A stretch of DNA of 64,000 nucleotides from Bacteroidetes bacterium UBA3022 (GCA_002346225.1 DDYY01000055.1:20986-84985); one strand, 5' to 3'; numbered from the stretch's first letter, positions 8,966 through 18,870 are shown. Notes: generated by a model not told the origin, from the letters alone. Numbers and translations: made by a program.

Positions 8966-9556
8966 TCAGGAGGCGAGCTTGCGTCTTATCTTACTGAGAA
9001 ATTCGGGTGTGATACCCAGATAAGAAGCGATATGATGCTGGGGAATGCGCTGCGGAATAGCGGGGTACTTTTCCATGAATTCCTGGTAGCGCTGCTCCGC
9101 TGTTTTGGCAATGGTTGCGTAAAGACGATTCTGAATGGCGGCCAGAGAGCGTTGTATCATCAGGCGGAACATGCGCTCAAAGGCGGGCACCTTTTCAAAT
9201 AACAATTCTTTGTTTTCCTGATTGATCATCCACAGGATGCTGTCTTCCATAGCCTCTATGTACAGGCTGCTGGGAATATTGTACGTAAAGCTGACGAGGT
9301 CGCCCAGCCACCAGTCTTCGACCGGAAACATGATGTTCACCTCATTGCCCTTCTCATCCAGATAATAGGAACGCAGGCATCCGCTGATGACGTAATACTC
9401 ATAGCGGCAAATCTCTCCTGCTCGCAACAGGTGCTGCTTGCGCTCAATGGTTTTGGGCTCCAGTATGCTATGGAAAAACGAGCGCTCTTCCGGAGTAATC
9501 GCAATACAGCGATCTACATAAGCATCGATTTCTGAATAGGAAAAAGCTTCGTTCAT
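8966..9556 (-). CDS. Crp/Fnr family transcriptional regulator (cNMP-binding domain plus C-terminal HTH)
   Basis: 196 aa from the internal ATG at 9556 (MNEAFSYSEID...). It has a cNMP-binding-like beta-roll region and the C-terminal HTH RIPQHHIASYLGITPEFLSKIRRK. The upstream part of the tracked ORF overlaps the GH13 gene. Confidence 0.85.
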   Translation of the reverse strand: MNEAFSYSEIDAYVDRCIAITPEERSFFHSILEPKTIERKQHLLRAGEICRYEYYVISGCLRSYYLDEKGNEVNIMFPVEDWWLGDLVSFTYNIPSSLYIEAMEDSILWMINQENKELLFEKVPAFERMFRLMIQRSLAAIQNRLYATIAKTAEQRYQEFMEKYPAIPQRIPQHHIASYLGITPEFLSKIRRKLAS

Positions 9557-9558
9557 TG

Positions 9559-11391
9559 TTATTCGAGTTCTATGACCATGGCACTCATGGGCGCTACCTG
9601 CAATACTGATAGGTCGGTAATCACTGTCTCGTCTATTACGGAGCGTGCCTTTGTATATCCTGCTAACGATGTGTTGAATCTTTTCGTTTCCACCGGCTTC
9701 CATTCGTCGGAAGTGTTGACCAGTACCATGACCGAGTAATCATCATTATACCTGAAATATACATATATATTGTTCTCGGGTACATAGTGCATGGTTTTTC
9801 CATCTGCAAAAACGGGGTGCGTCTTCCGCCAGTTCGCCAGTTTACGCACATGCTGAAAGGCCTCTTGCTCTGTGGCCGTCCTGCCCGCAGCCGCAAACTT
9901 ATTGCTGGCATCTGCTTTCCATCCTCCCGGAAAATCCACCCTTACTGTATCCATGGGATTGGCGAAGTTGGTCAGCAGCACCTCATCTCCGTAAAACCAT
10001 TGCGGTATGCCCCGCAGGGTGAGCAGCAGGGTGACACCTATTTTATATTTTTGAATGTCTTCTCCGGCCATGGAGTAGAAGCGGTCAATATCGTGATTGC
10101 CCAGAAACGTCACGTTACCGGCACCGCCATTGTCGCCATACATATAATCCTGCACCAGCCGGAGGTAGAGATTTCCCGTTCCCTGCTCCCAGCCAAAGGG
10201 CTCAGTTATACTTTTGATGATGCCCCAGTAGAGGTCGAAATCCAGCACGCCATCGAGGTGGGTGTTGACACCGGTTTTCAGGTTGTTGTTGCCGTTGTAA
10301 TATCCCTGCACGCCTTTGCCATTCACCCAGACTTCTGCAAATTCTGTGAAACCCGGGTATTCGTTGTTGATGGCGATGGCCCACTCGGTAAGGAAGTCCT
10401 GATCGGCGTACGAGTAAGTATCCAGCCGGAATGCATCTATCTGCATTTCTTCTATCCACCAGATGCACCACTGAATGAGGTATTTTGCCACCAGGGGATT
10501 GCGTTGGTTGAGGTCGGGCATTTGGGTATCGAACCAACCGTTGGTCATGCGCTCCCTGTCGGAAGGGCTGGCATACATGTCTACCAGCGCAGATGTTCTG
10601 TAGTTGGTGCGTGTGAACCCATCCCACTGATTGAGCCAGTCGGCGCTGGGCAGGTCGCGGATAAATGCGTGCTGGTCACCCACATGGTTCAGCACTACGT
10701 CGAACACTACCTGCATACCTCTTTTATGGCTTTCATCTACATACAAGCGATACTGTTCATTATCGCCTATGCGGGGATCCAGGGCATAGTGGTTGGTAAT
10801 GGCGTATCCATGGTAGCTGTACAAAGGCTGGTTGTTTTCCAGTGGTGGTGTCAGCCAGGTGGCGGTAACACCGAGGTCCTTCAGGTAATCCAGCTTTCCT
10901 ATAACACCCAAAAGGTCACCGCCATGGCGTTTGTTATTATAACCCCGATTCACCTCCTGCTCCAGCGTGGTGGACACGATGTCATTACCCGGGTTTTCAT
11001 TGACAAACCGATCGGGCATGATAAGGTAGATGAAATCGCTGCCATCGAGTCCGTATGCCAGGCTGCGTGCTTCCCGGTATTTCAATTCGTACTCCAGCAC
11101 TTCCGATTGTCCGTTCCTGGTGAAAAGGATGGGCACTTTGCCCGGTGCGGTATTTTCCGCAATCGACAAATCACAAAAGACATAATTGGGATTTTCGACA
11201 AATGTGGTGCGCAACAAAGTTACGCCCGGATAGTCGACGCGCACCTCCGAAGCGGCCACATCCGTGCGGTGAATCATAACCTGTACTTCCTGTTGCCGCA
11301 TTCCTACCCACCAGTGAGGTGGATACACTTTCTGTGCTAACAACGAACCTAACAGCAGGCATACAACAACCAAAGACATACATTTTTTCAT
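9559..11391 (-). CDS. GH13 alpha-amylase family enzyme, cyclomaltodextrinase/neopullulanase-like, secreted
   Basis: The start at 11391 gives the signal peptide MKKCMSLVVVCLLLGSLLAQ. GH13 regions present: DVVLNHVG, IDAFRLDTY, AEVW, LGNHDIDR. The N-terminal domain preceding IYLIMPDRF matches the cyclomaltodextrinase N-domain layout. Confidence 0.9.
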   Translation of the reverse strand: MKKCMSLVVVCLLLGSLLAQKVYPPHWWVGMRQQEVQVMIHRTDVAASEVRVDYPGVTLLRTTFVENPNYVFCDLSIAENTAPGKVPILFTRNGQSEVLEYELKYREARSLAYGLDGSDFIYLIMPDRFVNENPGNDIVSTTLEQEVNRGYNNKRHGGDLLGVIGKLDYLKDLGVTATWLTPPLENNQPLYSYHGYAITNHYALDPRIGDNEQYRLYVDESHKRGMQVVFDVVLNHVGDQHAFIRDLPSADWLNQWDGFTRTNYRTSALVDMYASPSDRERMTNGWFDTQMPDLNQRNPLVAKYLIQWCIWWIEEMQIDAFRLDTYSYADQDFLTEWAIAINNEYPGFTEFAEVWVNGKGVQGYYNGNNNLKTGVNTHLDGVLDFDLYWGIIKSITEPFGWEQGTGNLYLRLVQDYMYGDNGGAGNVTFLGNHDIDRFYSMAGEDIQKYKIGVTLLLTLRGIPQWFYGDEVLLTNFANPMDTVRVDFPGGWKADASNKFAAAGRTATEQEAFQHVRKLANWRKTHPVFADGKTMHYVPENNIYVYFRYNDDYSVMVLVNTSDEWKPVETKRFNTSLAGYTKARSVIDETVITDLSVLQVAPMSAMVIELE

Positions 11392-11510
11392 GGACACATT
11401 TCTGTTGGTGAAAGTAATAATTGCAGCTGAAAACTCTGTCATGCGCAGGGCAAGGGGCTTTTCGGAAAGCGATTTGGTGGGACGGTAGTTTTATGAATAT
11501 AATACGTGTA

Positions 11511-11580
11511 CAACCCTTTCAGCTTGCTACTAAACATTTATAGAAAGTGTCCCCCTGGACGGGGGGCGAAGGGGGGTGAT
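11511..11580 (+). repeat. Repeat unit A (copy L1) ending in the 32-nt G-rich hairpin core
   Basis: CAACCCTTTCAGCTTGCTACTAAACATTTATAGAAAG plus the core GTCCCCCTGGACGGGGGGCGAAGGGGGGTGAT (11549..11580). Confidence 0.9.
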
Positions 11581-11709
11581 AAGTACCTCTAACTTACGTT
11601 GCTTAGAGTACATGGAATGAAATTGGAACGGATTGAGAAGGCTCAGTTAAAGCTTATTACAAGCATTTATAGAAAGCGTCCCCCCGGACGGGGGGCGAAG
11701 GGGGGTGAT
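11581..11709 (+). repeat. Spacer module S plus repeat unit A (copy L2)
   Basis: The S module (..CATGGAATGAAATTGGAACGGATTGAGAAGGCTCAGTT) is followed by AAAGCTTATTACAAGCATTTATAGAAAG and the core at 11678..11709. Region 11511..11709 is the reverse complement of 19152..19381. Confidence 0.9.
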
Positions 11710-11788
11710 TGCAATGCATTGTCTATATCAATTTCCACGTTTGTCTGTACAAGAATGAAACAAGCATCATTTGAACCAATACACTATC

Positions 11789-11907
11789 ACCCGCCGGTTC
11801 CTGCAGGAGGAAAAAAAGCTATAAAACATATGTGTATCAAACCTTTTCAGCTTATTACAAGCATTTATAGAAAGTGTCCCCCTGGACGGGGGGCGAAGGG
11901 GGGTGAT
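11789..11907 (+). repeat. Repeat unit A, extended form (copy L3)
   Basis: ACCCGCCGG..CAGGAGG, about 25 nt, then CAAACCTTTTCAGCTTATTACAAGCATTTATAGAAAG and the core at 11876..11907. Confidence 0.9.
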
Positions 11908-12020
11908 TTTAAAGTAAGAATTTGATTCTTGGGTGTTATGTACATTTCAATAGGTGAAGCGATATTAATAAGCTTTTATAATACATACTCTTGGATGAAA
12001 CTCTATTTCCATACTATGAC

Positions 12021-12165
12021 CTGCCCGCTACAGGAGGTACAGGAACTTTACAAATATGTAGGCGCACAACCCTTTCAGCTTACTACTAAATAATTATAGA
12101 AAGCATCTCCCCGGTTTAACCCAATAACTATCGGGTTAAAGGGAGAACCCGCAAGGGAAGGGGTA
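12021..12165 (+). repeat. Repeat unit A, variant with a nested palindrome inside the core (copy L4)
   Basis: The A body is followed by the interrupted core CATCTCCCCGG-TTTAACCCAATAACTATCGGGTTAAAGGGAGAACCCGCAAGGGAAGGGGTACG. It matches the reverse complement of 19152..19250. Confidence 0.85.
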
Positions 12166-12179
12166 CGTATTGCCAGAAT

Positions 12180-12207
12180 AAAAAAACCCCGCTTCAGATA
12201 AGCGGGG
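12180..12207 (-). terminator. Rho-independent terminator of the RND efflux operon
   Basis: On the minus strand, CCCCGCTTATCTGAAGCGGGG (8-bp GC-rich stem) is followed by TTTTTTT, 28 nt after the RND pump stop. Confidence 0.85.
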
Positions 12208-12234
12208 TTTGGTATATTAACTATTCATATCTAA

Positions 12235-15200
12235 TCACGGCTTGTCATGGTGCTGCATGCCCGGTGCCAGGCTGCCGGAGGTGGAAGGGCTTCCCCCGCC
12301 GAATAAACGCAACACCCTCATTTTAGCGCGATCAATGAGCAGGTAAGTTACCGGCACAATCACGAGTGTAAGGAAGGTAGCAAAGGTGAGTCCGAAGATT
12401 ACGGCCCATGCCAATGGTCCCCAGAACATCACACTGTCACCACCGATATAAAACTGGGCATCGAAACTGCTCAGCATGGTAAAGAAGTTAAAGTTGATAC
12501 CAATAGCCAGTGGGAGCAGACCCAACACCGTAGTAATTGCGGTGAGCAACACAGGACGCAGACGGGTAGAACCGGCACTCACAATACTGGTCAATAGCTC
12601 ATCGTAAGGTAAATCATCGGGCGACTCGAGGTCGAGTTCCAATGCCCTTCTTTTCCTTTCGAGTTCAACGAAGTCAATCAAAACTATGGCGTTGTTCACC
12701 ACGACTCCGGCAAGGGATATGATACCAATACCGGTCATGAGGATTACAAAGTCCATATTGAAAATCTGTATACCGAGCAACACACCAATCATAGAAAACA
12801 ATACTGAGGTGAGTATGATGATGGGCATGAGTATACTATTGAACTGCGAAACCATGATGAGGAAAATCAGCAACACAGCAATAATGAGTGCATTGGTAAG
12901 GAAGGCTGTGTCGGATGCCTGGTCTTCCTGTTGACCGGTGAATTTGTAATTGAAACCTTCCGGCATATCGTAAGCAGCGAGTCGCTCTTTTAGCTGGGTA
13001 TTGATTTCGTTGGCGTTGTACCCCACGTTGACGTTGGAATAAATGGTGATAACGCGGTCCAGATCTTTGCGCTTGATGCTGCCATAGGTGGACGCGTAGT
13101 CGAGGCTGGCAACAGCAGATACCGGTACCTGACTTATTTTACCCGTTGCCTGATCGCGGAAGGTGATGCGCGTATTCAGCAGGGTGCTGAGGTTGTAGCG
13201 TTTTTCATCTTCAAAGCGCAACATGATAGGATAGTCGTCTTCGCCTTCTTTGTATTTCGATATTTCCTTTCCAAAAAGTGCTGTTCTAAGCGACATGGCT
13301 ACATCAGCGGTGCTTACCCCATAGCGTTTGGCAGCATCGCGGTTCACCGTCAACACCAGTTCGGGCTTACCTGTTTCCAGATCGGTTTTCAGTTCTTCAA
13401 TACCGGGAATGCCCGCATCTTTCAAATAATCTTTTATTTCATCTGTAAGCAGCACCAGTTTGGTAAAGTCTTCACCTGAAATTTCGACGTTGATGGGCGG
13501 ACCTACCGGAGGGCCGAATGGAGACGGGCTCACCGTAATCTGTGCGCCGGGAATATCTTTCACGGCACCGCGAATTTTTTCCATGATGTCGCTGGTAGAT
13601 TTTCCGTTGCGCTCTTCAAAGGGAACAAAGGAAACCGTAACCCTTCCGCGGTGGGGTGAGTTACCCATGCTTACGCCTTCGTTGGGGTCGGAGGTGCCTT
13701 CGCCTACCTGCGCAAGCGTGGCTTCTACAACTTCCACATCATCTTTCAAGGTAGTCTTTAGGGCCCTTTCTACCTGCGCTGTAATAGCGTTGGTTTTGGT
13801 GATATCGGTTCCCAGCGGCGCGGCAATAAACACGTTCACGTAAGTCGGGTCGCCTTCGGGGAAGTATAAGGTCTTGGGCGGTGCCACAATCATACTGGCA
13901 CAGGAGCCCAGAAACAACAAGAAAGTTCCCAGGAAGAACCAAACCGGACGATAGCCTTTTAACGCGTAGGAAATGGTACGACGATAGACATTCTCCAGCC
14001 GCACCAGCGGTCCGTTTTGGAACTTGATAGACGCCGGTTGCAGTACGAAACGGTTAAGGGCTGCCACCAAACCTACGATGAGCGACAGGTTACCCAGAAA
14101 AGTAGCACCTGCCAGGTGAGCCAGGCCTCCAATGATGGCGGCTCCTATAATCAGGTACCAGAAGTTGCGGGTGGGTTTGGTGCGCACCTCGCTGGTGTTT
14201 TGCACCTTCATAAACCGCGATGCAATGACCGGGTTAATGACCAGTCCTACAAACAGGGAAGAGGAGAGTGTGATAATCAAGGTAAGGGGGAGGTACTTCA
14301 TGAACTCACCCATCAGGTCATTCCAGAACAGCAATGGCACAAAGGCCGCCACTGTGGTAGCAGTAGAAGCGATGATGGGCCAGGCTACTTCGCCCACACC
14401 TTCAATGGCTGCGCGGATAGGTGTCTTGCCCTCGCTCATGAGGCGATAGGTGTTTTCAACTACCACAATACCGTTATCTACCAGCATCCCCAGTGCGAGG
14501 ATGAGGGAGAACAGCACCATCATATTCAGGGTGATACCAAATGCATTCAGGATCATAAATGCCATGAGCATAGAAAGCGGAATGGCAATACCTACAAAGG
14601 AAGCGTTGCGCAAGCCAAGAAAGAACAGCAATACCAATACAACCAGAATCACACCGGAAATAATATTGTTTTCCAGATTGGATACCATCAATTTGGTATC
14701 GCGGCTTTGGTCGTTGGTGATAGCAATTTTCAGCTCGGGCGGGAACCGTCCACTGTCTTCGGCTTCCTTGATGATTTCCTGAATTTGTTCTGAGGCCTCT
14801 ATGAGGTTCCCTCCACTTTTCTTTTTGATGTCGAGGGTAACTACGTTCTCACCATCGAGACGGGCGTAGGAGTTGGGTTCGATATAGTCGAATGAAATGG
14901 TAGCGATATCGCGGAGGTATACGATTCTCTGGTTCTCGTATTTCACGATTACATTTTCCATTTGCGTTACATCGCTGAACTCGCCTACTATACGAATATC
15001 GCGACGGGCTTCATCGGTAAGGATTTCGCCGGCACTCATGGTGAGGTTTTCTGCGGAAATGGCATTCTCAATGTCGTAGAAACTGATTTCCAGGCTTTCC
15101 ATCCTTTCCTTATCCACCATTATCTTCACCTCTTTGTCGAGAACGCCCCTGATATCGACACCGGATACAGCTTCCAGCTTCTCGATTTCATCTTCGAGGT

Positions 15201-15705
15201 ATTCGCCGTATTCTTTCAAAAGGTCGACATCATTAATACCATAGAGGTTGATGTTCATGACCGGAAATTCGGAGAAGTCGAGAGCGAAAATATTGGGTTC
15301 GTTATCGAGGTCATTGGGCAGGTCGCCTTTGGCTTTATCGACGGCGTCTTTCACATCCTGCAGGGCGGCATCCACATCCACATCGTAATTGAACGCCACA
15401 GTGATGGTGGCGTAATCCTGAATAGAGGTGGAGCGGATTTCGTCTACATCGCCGATGGTATTGAGTTCCTTTTCAATAGGTCGGGTGATGAGGTTTTCCA
15501 CGTCCTTGGGGGAGTTTCCCGGATACAGCACGCCCACGTAAATTTCGGGCTGTGTGATTTCGGGAAAGCTTTCACGGGGCATGGCGTTGTAGGCCGATAC
15601 TCCCATGATGAGTATGATGAGCGCCAGGAACATGACGCTGATGCGGTTGTTGACCGAGAAGGTCGACAGTCCGAATTCTTTTATGATGGTATTTTCCTTA
15701 CTCAT
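12235..15705 (-). CDS. Efflux RND transporter permease subunit (AcrB/HAE family)
   Basis: 1156 aa. N-terminus FSVNNRISVMFLALIILIMG, two large periplasmic loops and 12 TM segments, with conserved LALGMLVDNGIVVVEN and ISLAGVVVNNAIVLIDF blocks. Confidence 0.95.
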   Translation of the reverse strand: MSKENTIIKEFGLSTFSVNNRISVMFLALIILIMGVSAYNAMPRESFPEITQPEIYVGVLYPGNSPKDVENLITRPIEKELNTIGDVDEIRSTSIQDYATITVAFNYDVDVDAALQDVKDAVDKAKGDLPNDLDNEPNIFALDFSEFPVMNINLYGINDVDLLKEYGEYLEDEIEKLEAVSGVDIRGVLDKEVKIMVDKERMESLEISFYDIENAISAENLTMSAGEILTDEARRDIRIVGEFSDVTQMENVIVKYENQRIVYLRDIATISFDYIEPNSYARLDGENVVTLDIKKKSGGNLIEASEQIQEIIKEAEDSGRFPPELKIAITNDQSRDTKLMVSNLENNIISGVILVVLVLLFFLGLRNASFVGIAIPLSMLMAFMILNAFGITLNMMVLFSLILALGMLVDNGIVVVENTYRLMSEGKTPIRAAIEGVGEVAWPIIASTATTVAAFVPLLFWNDLMGEFMKYLPLTLIITLSSSLFVGLVINPVIASRFMKVQNTSEVRTKPTRNFWYLIIGAAIIGGLAHLAGATFLGNLSLIVGLVAALNRFVLQPASIKFQNGPLVRLENVYRRTISYALKGYRPVWFFLGTFLLFLGSCASMIVAPPKTLYFPEGDPTYVNVFIAAPLGTDITKTNAITAQVERALKTTLKDDVEVVEATLAQVGEGTSDPNEGVSMGNSPHRGRVTVSFVPFEERNGKSTSDIMEKIRGAVKDIPGAQITVSPSPFGPPVGPPINVEISGEDFTKLVLLTDEIKDYLKDAGIPGIEELKTDLETGKPELVLTVNRDAAKRYGVSTADVAMSLRTALFGKEISKYKEGEDDYPIMLRFEDEKRYNLSTLLNTRITFRDQATGKISQVPVSAVASLDYASTYGSIKRKDLDRVITIYSNVNVGYNANEINTQLKERLAAYDMPEGFNYKFTGQQEDQASDTAFLTNALIIAVLLIFLIMVSQFNSILMPIIILTSVLFSMIGVLLGIQIFNMDFVILMTGIGIISLAGVVVNNAIVLIDFVELERKRRALELDLESPDDLPYDELLTSIVSAGSTRLRPVLLTAITTVLGLLPLAIGINFNFFTMLSSFDAQFYIGGDSVMFWGPLAWAVIFGLTFATFLTLVIVPVTYLLIDRAKMRVLRLFGGGSPSTSGSLAPGMQHHDKP

Positions 15706-15710
15706 AACGA

Positions 15711-16874
15711 TTACTCCATTGATGCTGTTTGCAATTCTACTACGTGTGCGATATCGCCGGCTTTGGCATCGCGGTACCCTTCTGCCACCAGGGTTTCACC
15801 TCCGTCTAGTCCCGAAAGCACCTGTGTCAGTCCGTTGTGCGAGCGACCGCGCTTGATATTGTTCTTGGTGATAACACCATCTTTTACAGTAAGCACATAA
15901 GGTCCTTCTACACCGTTTTGTACGTATTTGGTGGGGATGACTACCTGATCGGCTTCCATAAACTCGCGGATTTTCACATAACCCAGCAGGTTAGGTTTCA
16001 ATACGCCGTCTGCATTGCTCAGCGTTACTTCTACTGAAAAGGTGCGGTTACCAGGATTGATAACCTGGCCTACGCTGCGGATGGTGGCAGCTGTTTCCAT
16101 ACCGATGGAGGGGAAAGTTACCTGCACCTTGTCACCGCGTTTCAGTTTGCCTACATAGGCTTCCGATACATCGCATTCGATTTTCACTTCATTGAGATTC
16201 ACCACGCGCAGGAGCGGCATGCCCGGAGCTGCCATTTCTCCTTTTTTGGTGATGACCTCATCTACGATTCCTGAAATGGGCGCACGCAGCTGTGTTTTCG
16301 CCCACTGGCTGCGGGTGGTATTGAGGCGCAGCTCCAGGTTTTCCATATTGTTTTTGGCGGTGAGGTACTCTATTTCAGAGCCGATGTTCTGGTCCCACAA
16401 AGATTTGCGTTTTTCATATACTGTTTTAGCAAGATTAAAAGCGCTTTCCAGTTCATCTATGCTTTTCAGAATAATCTGATCATCGGTTGTGAGCAATATT
16501 TGGCCTGCACTTACAGTCTGACCTTCCTGCACCAGTAAGGATGTAACGGTTCCGCCCACTTCGCTGCTAACCAGGATATTTCTGTCAGAGCTGATGGTAC
16601 CCGCTACTTCCACGAACTCTTCGTAGTTGCCGCGCACAACAGGTAAAACGGTAACGGGAATAGTATCGGGAGGTAATTCCAGACTACCACCGGAAGCAAT
16701 GATTTCTTTTTCCAGTTCCTGAATTTTGATTTCCAGACCTTTGATTTCCGATTTGTATTGTGAAATCTGTTCCAGTTTCTGTTCAACAGAATCGGTAGTG
16801 GCTTCTTCTCCTTTGCTGCAGGCATTGAGCAGCAAAACGATGGCTAAAGGAATGATGGTGAATATCTTTTTCAT
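15711..16874 (-). CDS. Efflux RND transporter periplasmic adaptor (membrane fusion protein)
   Basis: 387 aa with lipoprotein signal LLLNACS, a coiled-coil hairpin region, and lipoyl/beta-barrel blocks (LRAPISGIVDEV). It lies 5 nt upstream of the RND pump. Confidence 0.92.
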   Translation of the reverse strand: MKKIFTIIPLAIVLLLNACSKGEEATTDSVEQKLEQISQYKSEIKGLEIKIQELEKEIIASGGSLELPPDTIPVTVLPVVRGNYEEFVEVAGTISSDRNILVSSEVGGTVTSLLVQEGQTVSAGQILLTTDDQIILKSIDELESAFNLAKTVYEKRKSLWDQNIGSEIEYLTAKNNMENLELRLNTTRSQWAKTQLRAPISGIVDEVITKKGEMAAPGMPLLRVVNLNEVKIECDVSEAYVGKLKRGDKVQVTFPSIGMETAATIRSVGQVINPGNRTFSVEVTLSNADGVLKPNLLGYVKIREFMEADQVVIPTKYVQNGVEGPYVLTVKDGVITKNNIKRGRSHNGLTQVLSGLDGGETLVAEGYRDAKAGDIAHVVELQTASME

Positions 16875-16884
16875 TGTATTGATT

Positions 16885-18222
16885 TTACAGGTAGCCCAAT
16901 GCTTTTTTCAGATTGGTTTTAGCAGATAGGAAATTGTATAAAGCGTTGATGTAATTGGTTTCGGCGTTGAGCAGGGTGCTTTCAGCATCGGTCAGTTCCA
17001 GGCTGGAGCCCAGACCTTCTCGGTATTTAATAAGTGTTATATTATATATTTTTTCCGCTAGTGTGATATTCGATTCCTGATTAGTCAGGTTATCGAGTGC
17101 GTTAAGGTATTCGGTCTGGTATTGAGCCACTTCCAGGTTAACTGATTGCAGCAGGGTCTGTTCGGCAATCTGCGATTGCTCGTAGCCAATCTGGGCACTT
17201 TGTACGGCGGCGCTGCGCTGCATACCACTGAAAATGGGCACATTCAGCTGCAGACCCACCAGAAAGGTTTCGAACCAGGGCTGGGAAGTGTCGAAGAAAT
17301 TGAATTCATTCCGCTGTGCTGCCTGTTCGTAAGAACCAATCAATGCCAGTGAAGGCAGGTAAGCCGATTTATTGGCTTTTATATTCAGTTCGTTGAGGCG
17401 CTTGGTAGATTGAATCACACCGAATTCCGGGCGGTTCATATAGTTCATGTCGCCCTGCAGCAGTACCATGTTTTCGCTCATCTTTTCCAGACCATCGGTG
17501 AGGCGAATGGTTTCGGAGAGGTCCATGCCCATTTGGAATTTTAAGAGGTTCAGTGCAAGGGCTTTCTGTCTTTCGGCATTGTTGCGCATGGTGGCAAGGG
17601 TAGAACGGCTGATGGTGAGGCGATCTACATCGATGGACTCTACAAACCCGGCCTTGTTCATTTCAGCAACTTCGTTCAGCGTCTTGTCCATGATTTCCAG
17701 GTTTTTGTCCGCCAGTCGAATCACTTCCTCCGATATCAGCACATTGAAGTAGGCCAATTCCACATTTTTCCGTACATCGGCAGCCTCTACCTTGCTCTGC
17801 TGTTCCAGCAATTCCACATACACCTTGGCGGCCTGAACGCCGTAGATATAAGGACCACTGAACAGGAGTTGCGATACCGAAACACCGGCAGTGAAGTTTT
17901 CCGGCACACCGAATTGCAATTCTGCGAACTCACCCGGTTCACCGCCAAAGAATTCAGCGGGAATGAGGGAGGTGGGAAGGGTAATGAAATGGTTGTAGTT
18001 GGCATTGAGGTTTACCTGCGGCAATCCAATGGATGTGCGGGTTTGCAGGGTCGTTTGCCCGTCTGCAATGTCCAGCTGGCTGGTTTTCATGGCCGGACTG
18101 TTCTTGAGCGCATACTCCTGAGCCTGTTCAAGGCTGAGTGGCGTGCCCTCTTGTGCCAGTGTCCATAGGGGCGATAGTAGCAGGAGCAAACCCACGGTGA
18201 GGGTTTTAATCGATGGTAACAT
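16885..18222 (-). CDS. TolC family outer membrane efflux protein
   Basis: 445 aa with a signal peptide and a duplicated alpha-helical/beta-barrel repeat pattern (LSLEQAQEYALKNSPAMK... and a second half). It sits within the efflux operon. Confidence 0.9.
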   Translation of the reverse strand: MLPSIKTLTVGLLLLLSPLWTLAQEGTPLSLEQAQEYALKNSPAMKTSQLDIADGQTTLQTRTSIGLPQVNLNANYNHFITLPTSLIPAEFFGGEPGEFAELQFGVPENFTAGVSVSQLLFSGPYIYGVQAAKVYVELLEQQSKVEAADVRKNVELAYFNVLISEEVIRLADKNLEIMDKTLNEVAEMNKAGFVESIDVDRLTISRSTLATMRNNAERQKALALNLLKFQMGMDLSETIRLTDGLEKMSENMVLLQGDMNYMNRPEFGVIQSTKRLNELNIKANKSAYLPSLALIGSYEQAAQRNEFNFFDTSQPWFETFLVGLQLNVPIFSGMQRSAAVQSAQIGYEQSQIAEQTLLQSVNLEVAQYQTEYLNALDNLTNQESNITLAEKIYNITLIKYREGLGSSLELTDAESTLLNAETNYINALYNFLSAKTNLKKALGYL

Positions 18223-18841
18223 TGGTTTGGTTTTGATATTGAGCTAAGTATTGAAGTCCTTTTTCAGAGGCAAGGCCTCTTATATGGTAGGTGATAAATT
18301 CGCGGTGTATATCCTGGAAACTGAACATGCCCGGAGGGAATACTTCCGGGTCAACTACTACTTCCATGCGGGCGATGTAGGTGCGCGTGATGATTTCCGG
18401 GTTGAGGTCCTCACGGTAAAGGCCTTCGGAGATGCCGCGACGGATGTTGTTGATAATGGTCTGGAATACGTCCCTGTTGCGGTGTTCTACGAATAGTTGC
18501 CACGATTCTGGGTGGTATTTCTGGAGGTCGTAAATCAGCGTTGGGTTGATGCCTTTCATCTGGGTGCTGATCCATTTAGAAATATTGAGGAGCTCCTCAA
18601 TGGCATTCTCGCTTTGGTGGGCGATGGTGCAGACCGCTTCGTTTTCGTTGGCGAAATGGAAAGCGGTAACCTTTTTCATCAGCTCTTTCTTGTTGCTAAA
18701 GTGCTGGTAAAGGGTTTTTTTCGACATTCCCAGCTCGCGGGCCACATCGTCCATGGTGATGCTTTTGGCGCCGTACTTCATAAAGAGACGGGAGCAGCGT
18801 TCTAATATTTTATGTTCATCTGTTAATTCCACACGTTTCAA
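18206..18841 (-). CDS. TetR/AcrR family transcriptional regulator (first gene of the efflux operon)
   Basis: 211 aa with N-terminal HTH FMKYGAKSITMDDVARELGMSKKTLYQHFSNKKELM. It overlaps tolC by 17 nt. Confidence 0.92.
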   Translation of the reverse strand: MKRVELTDEHKILERCSRLFMKYGAKSITMDDVARELGMSKKTLYQHFSNKKELMKKVTAFHFANENEAVCTIAHQSENAIEELLNISKWISTQMKGINPTLIYDLQKYHPESWQLFVEHRNRDVFQTIINNIRRGISEGLYREDLNPEIITRTYIARMEVVVDPEVFPPGMFSFQDIHREFITYHIRGLASEKGLQYLAQYQNQTNVTID

Positions 18842-18870
18842 TTGAGTGCAAAGGTACAGACGAAAACACA

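Noticed and set aside
9787-11340. 517-aa ORF on the plus strand opposite the GH13 gene
   Set aside because: It is entirely antisense to a gene with clear GH13 catalytic motifs and a signal peptide. Its translation is low-complexity (Val/His/Gly/Gln-rich) with no recognisable domain, which is typical of a shadow ORF. The same reasoning applies to 2139..2882, 14017..14793, 14962..15900, 25282..26283, 28878..29534, 31421..32242, 32483..33208, 44549..45166, 47458..48003, 56041..56586 and 63188..63847.
11599-11925. 108-aa ORF spanning the left repeat cluster, and the similar ORFs 19450..19641 and 20190..20417 in the right cluster
   Set aside because: They are read-through translations of the repeat units (recurring ..SIYRK.PPGRGAKGGD and ..DKLQLSLLNQSVTNSIISNHG.SEVPPDGG). 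Conservation is at the nucleotide level in both orientations, so these are not protein-coding.
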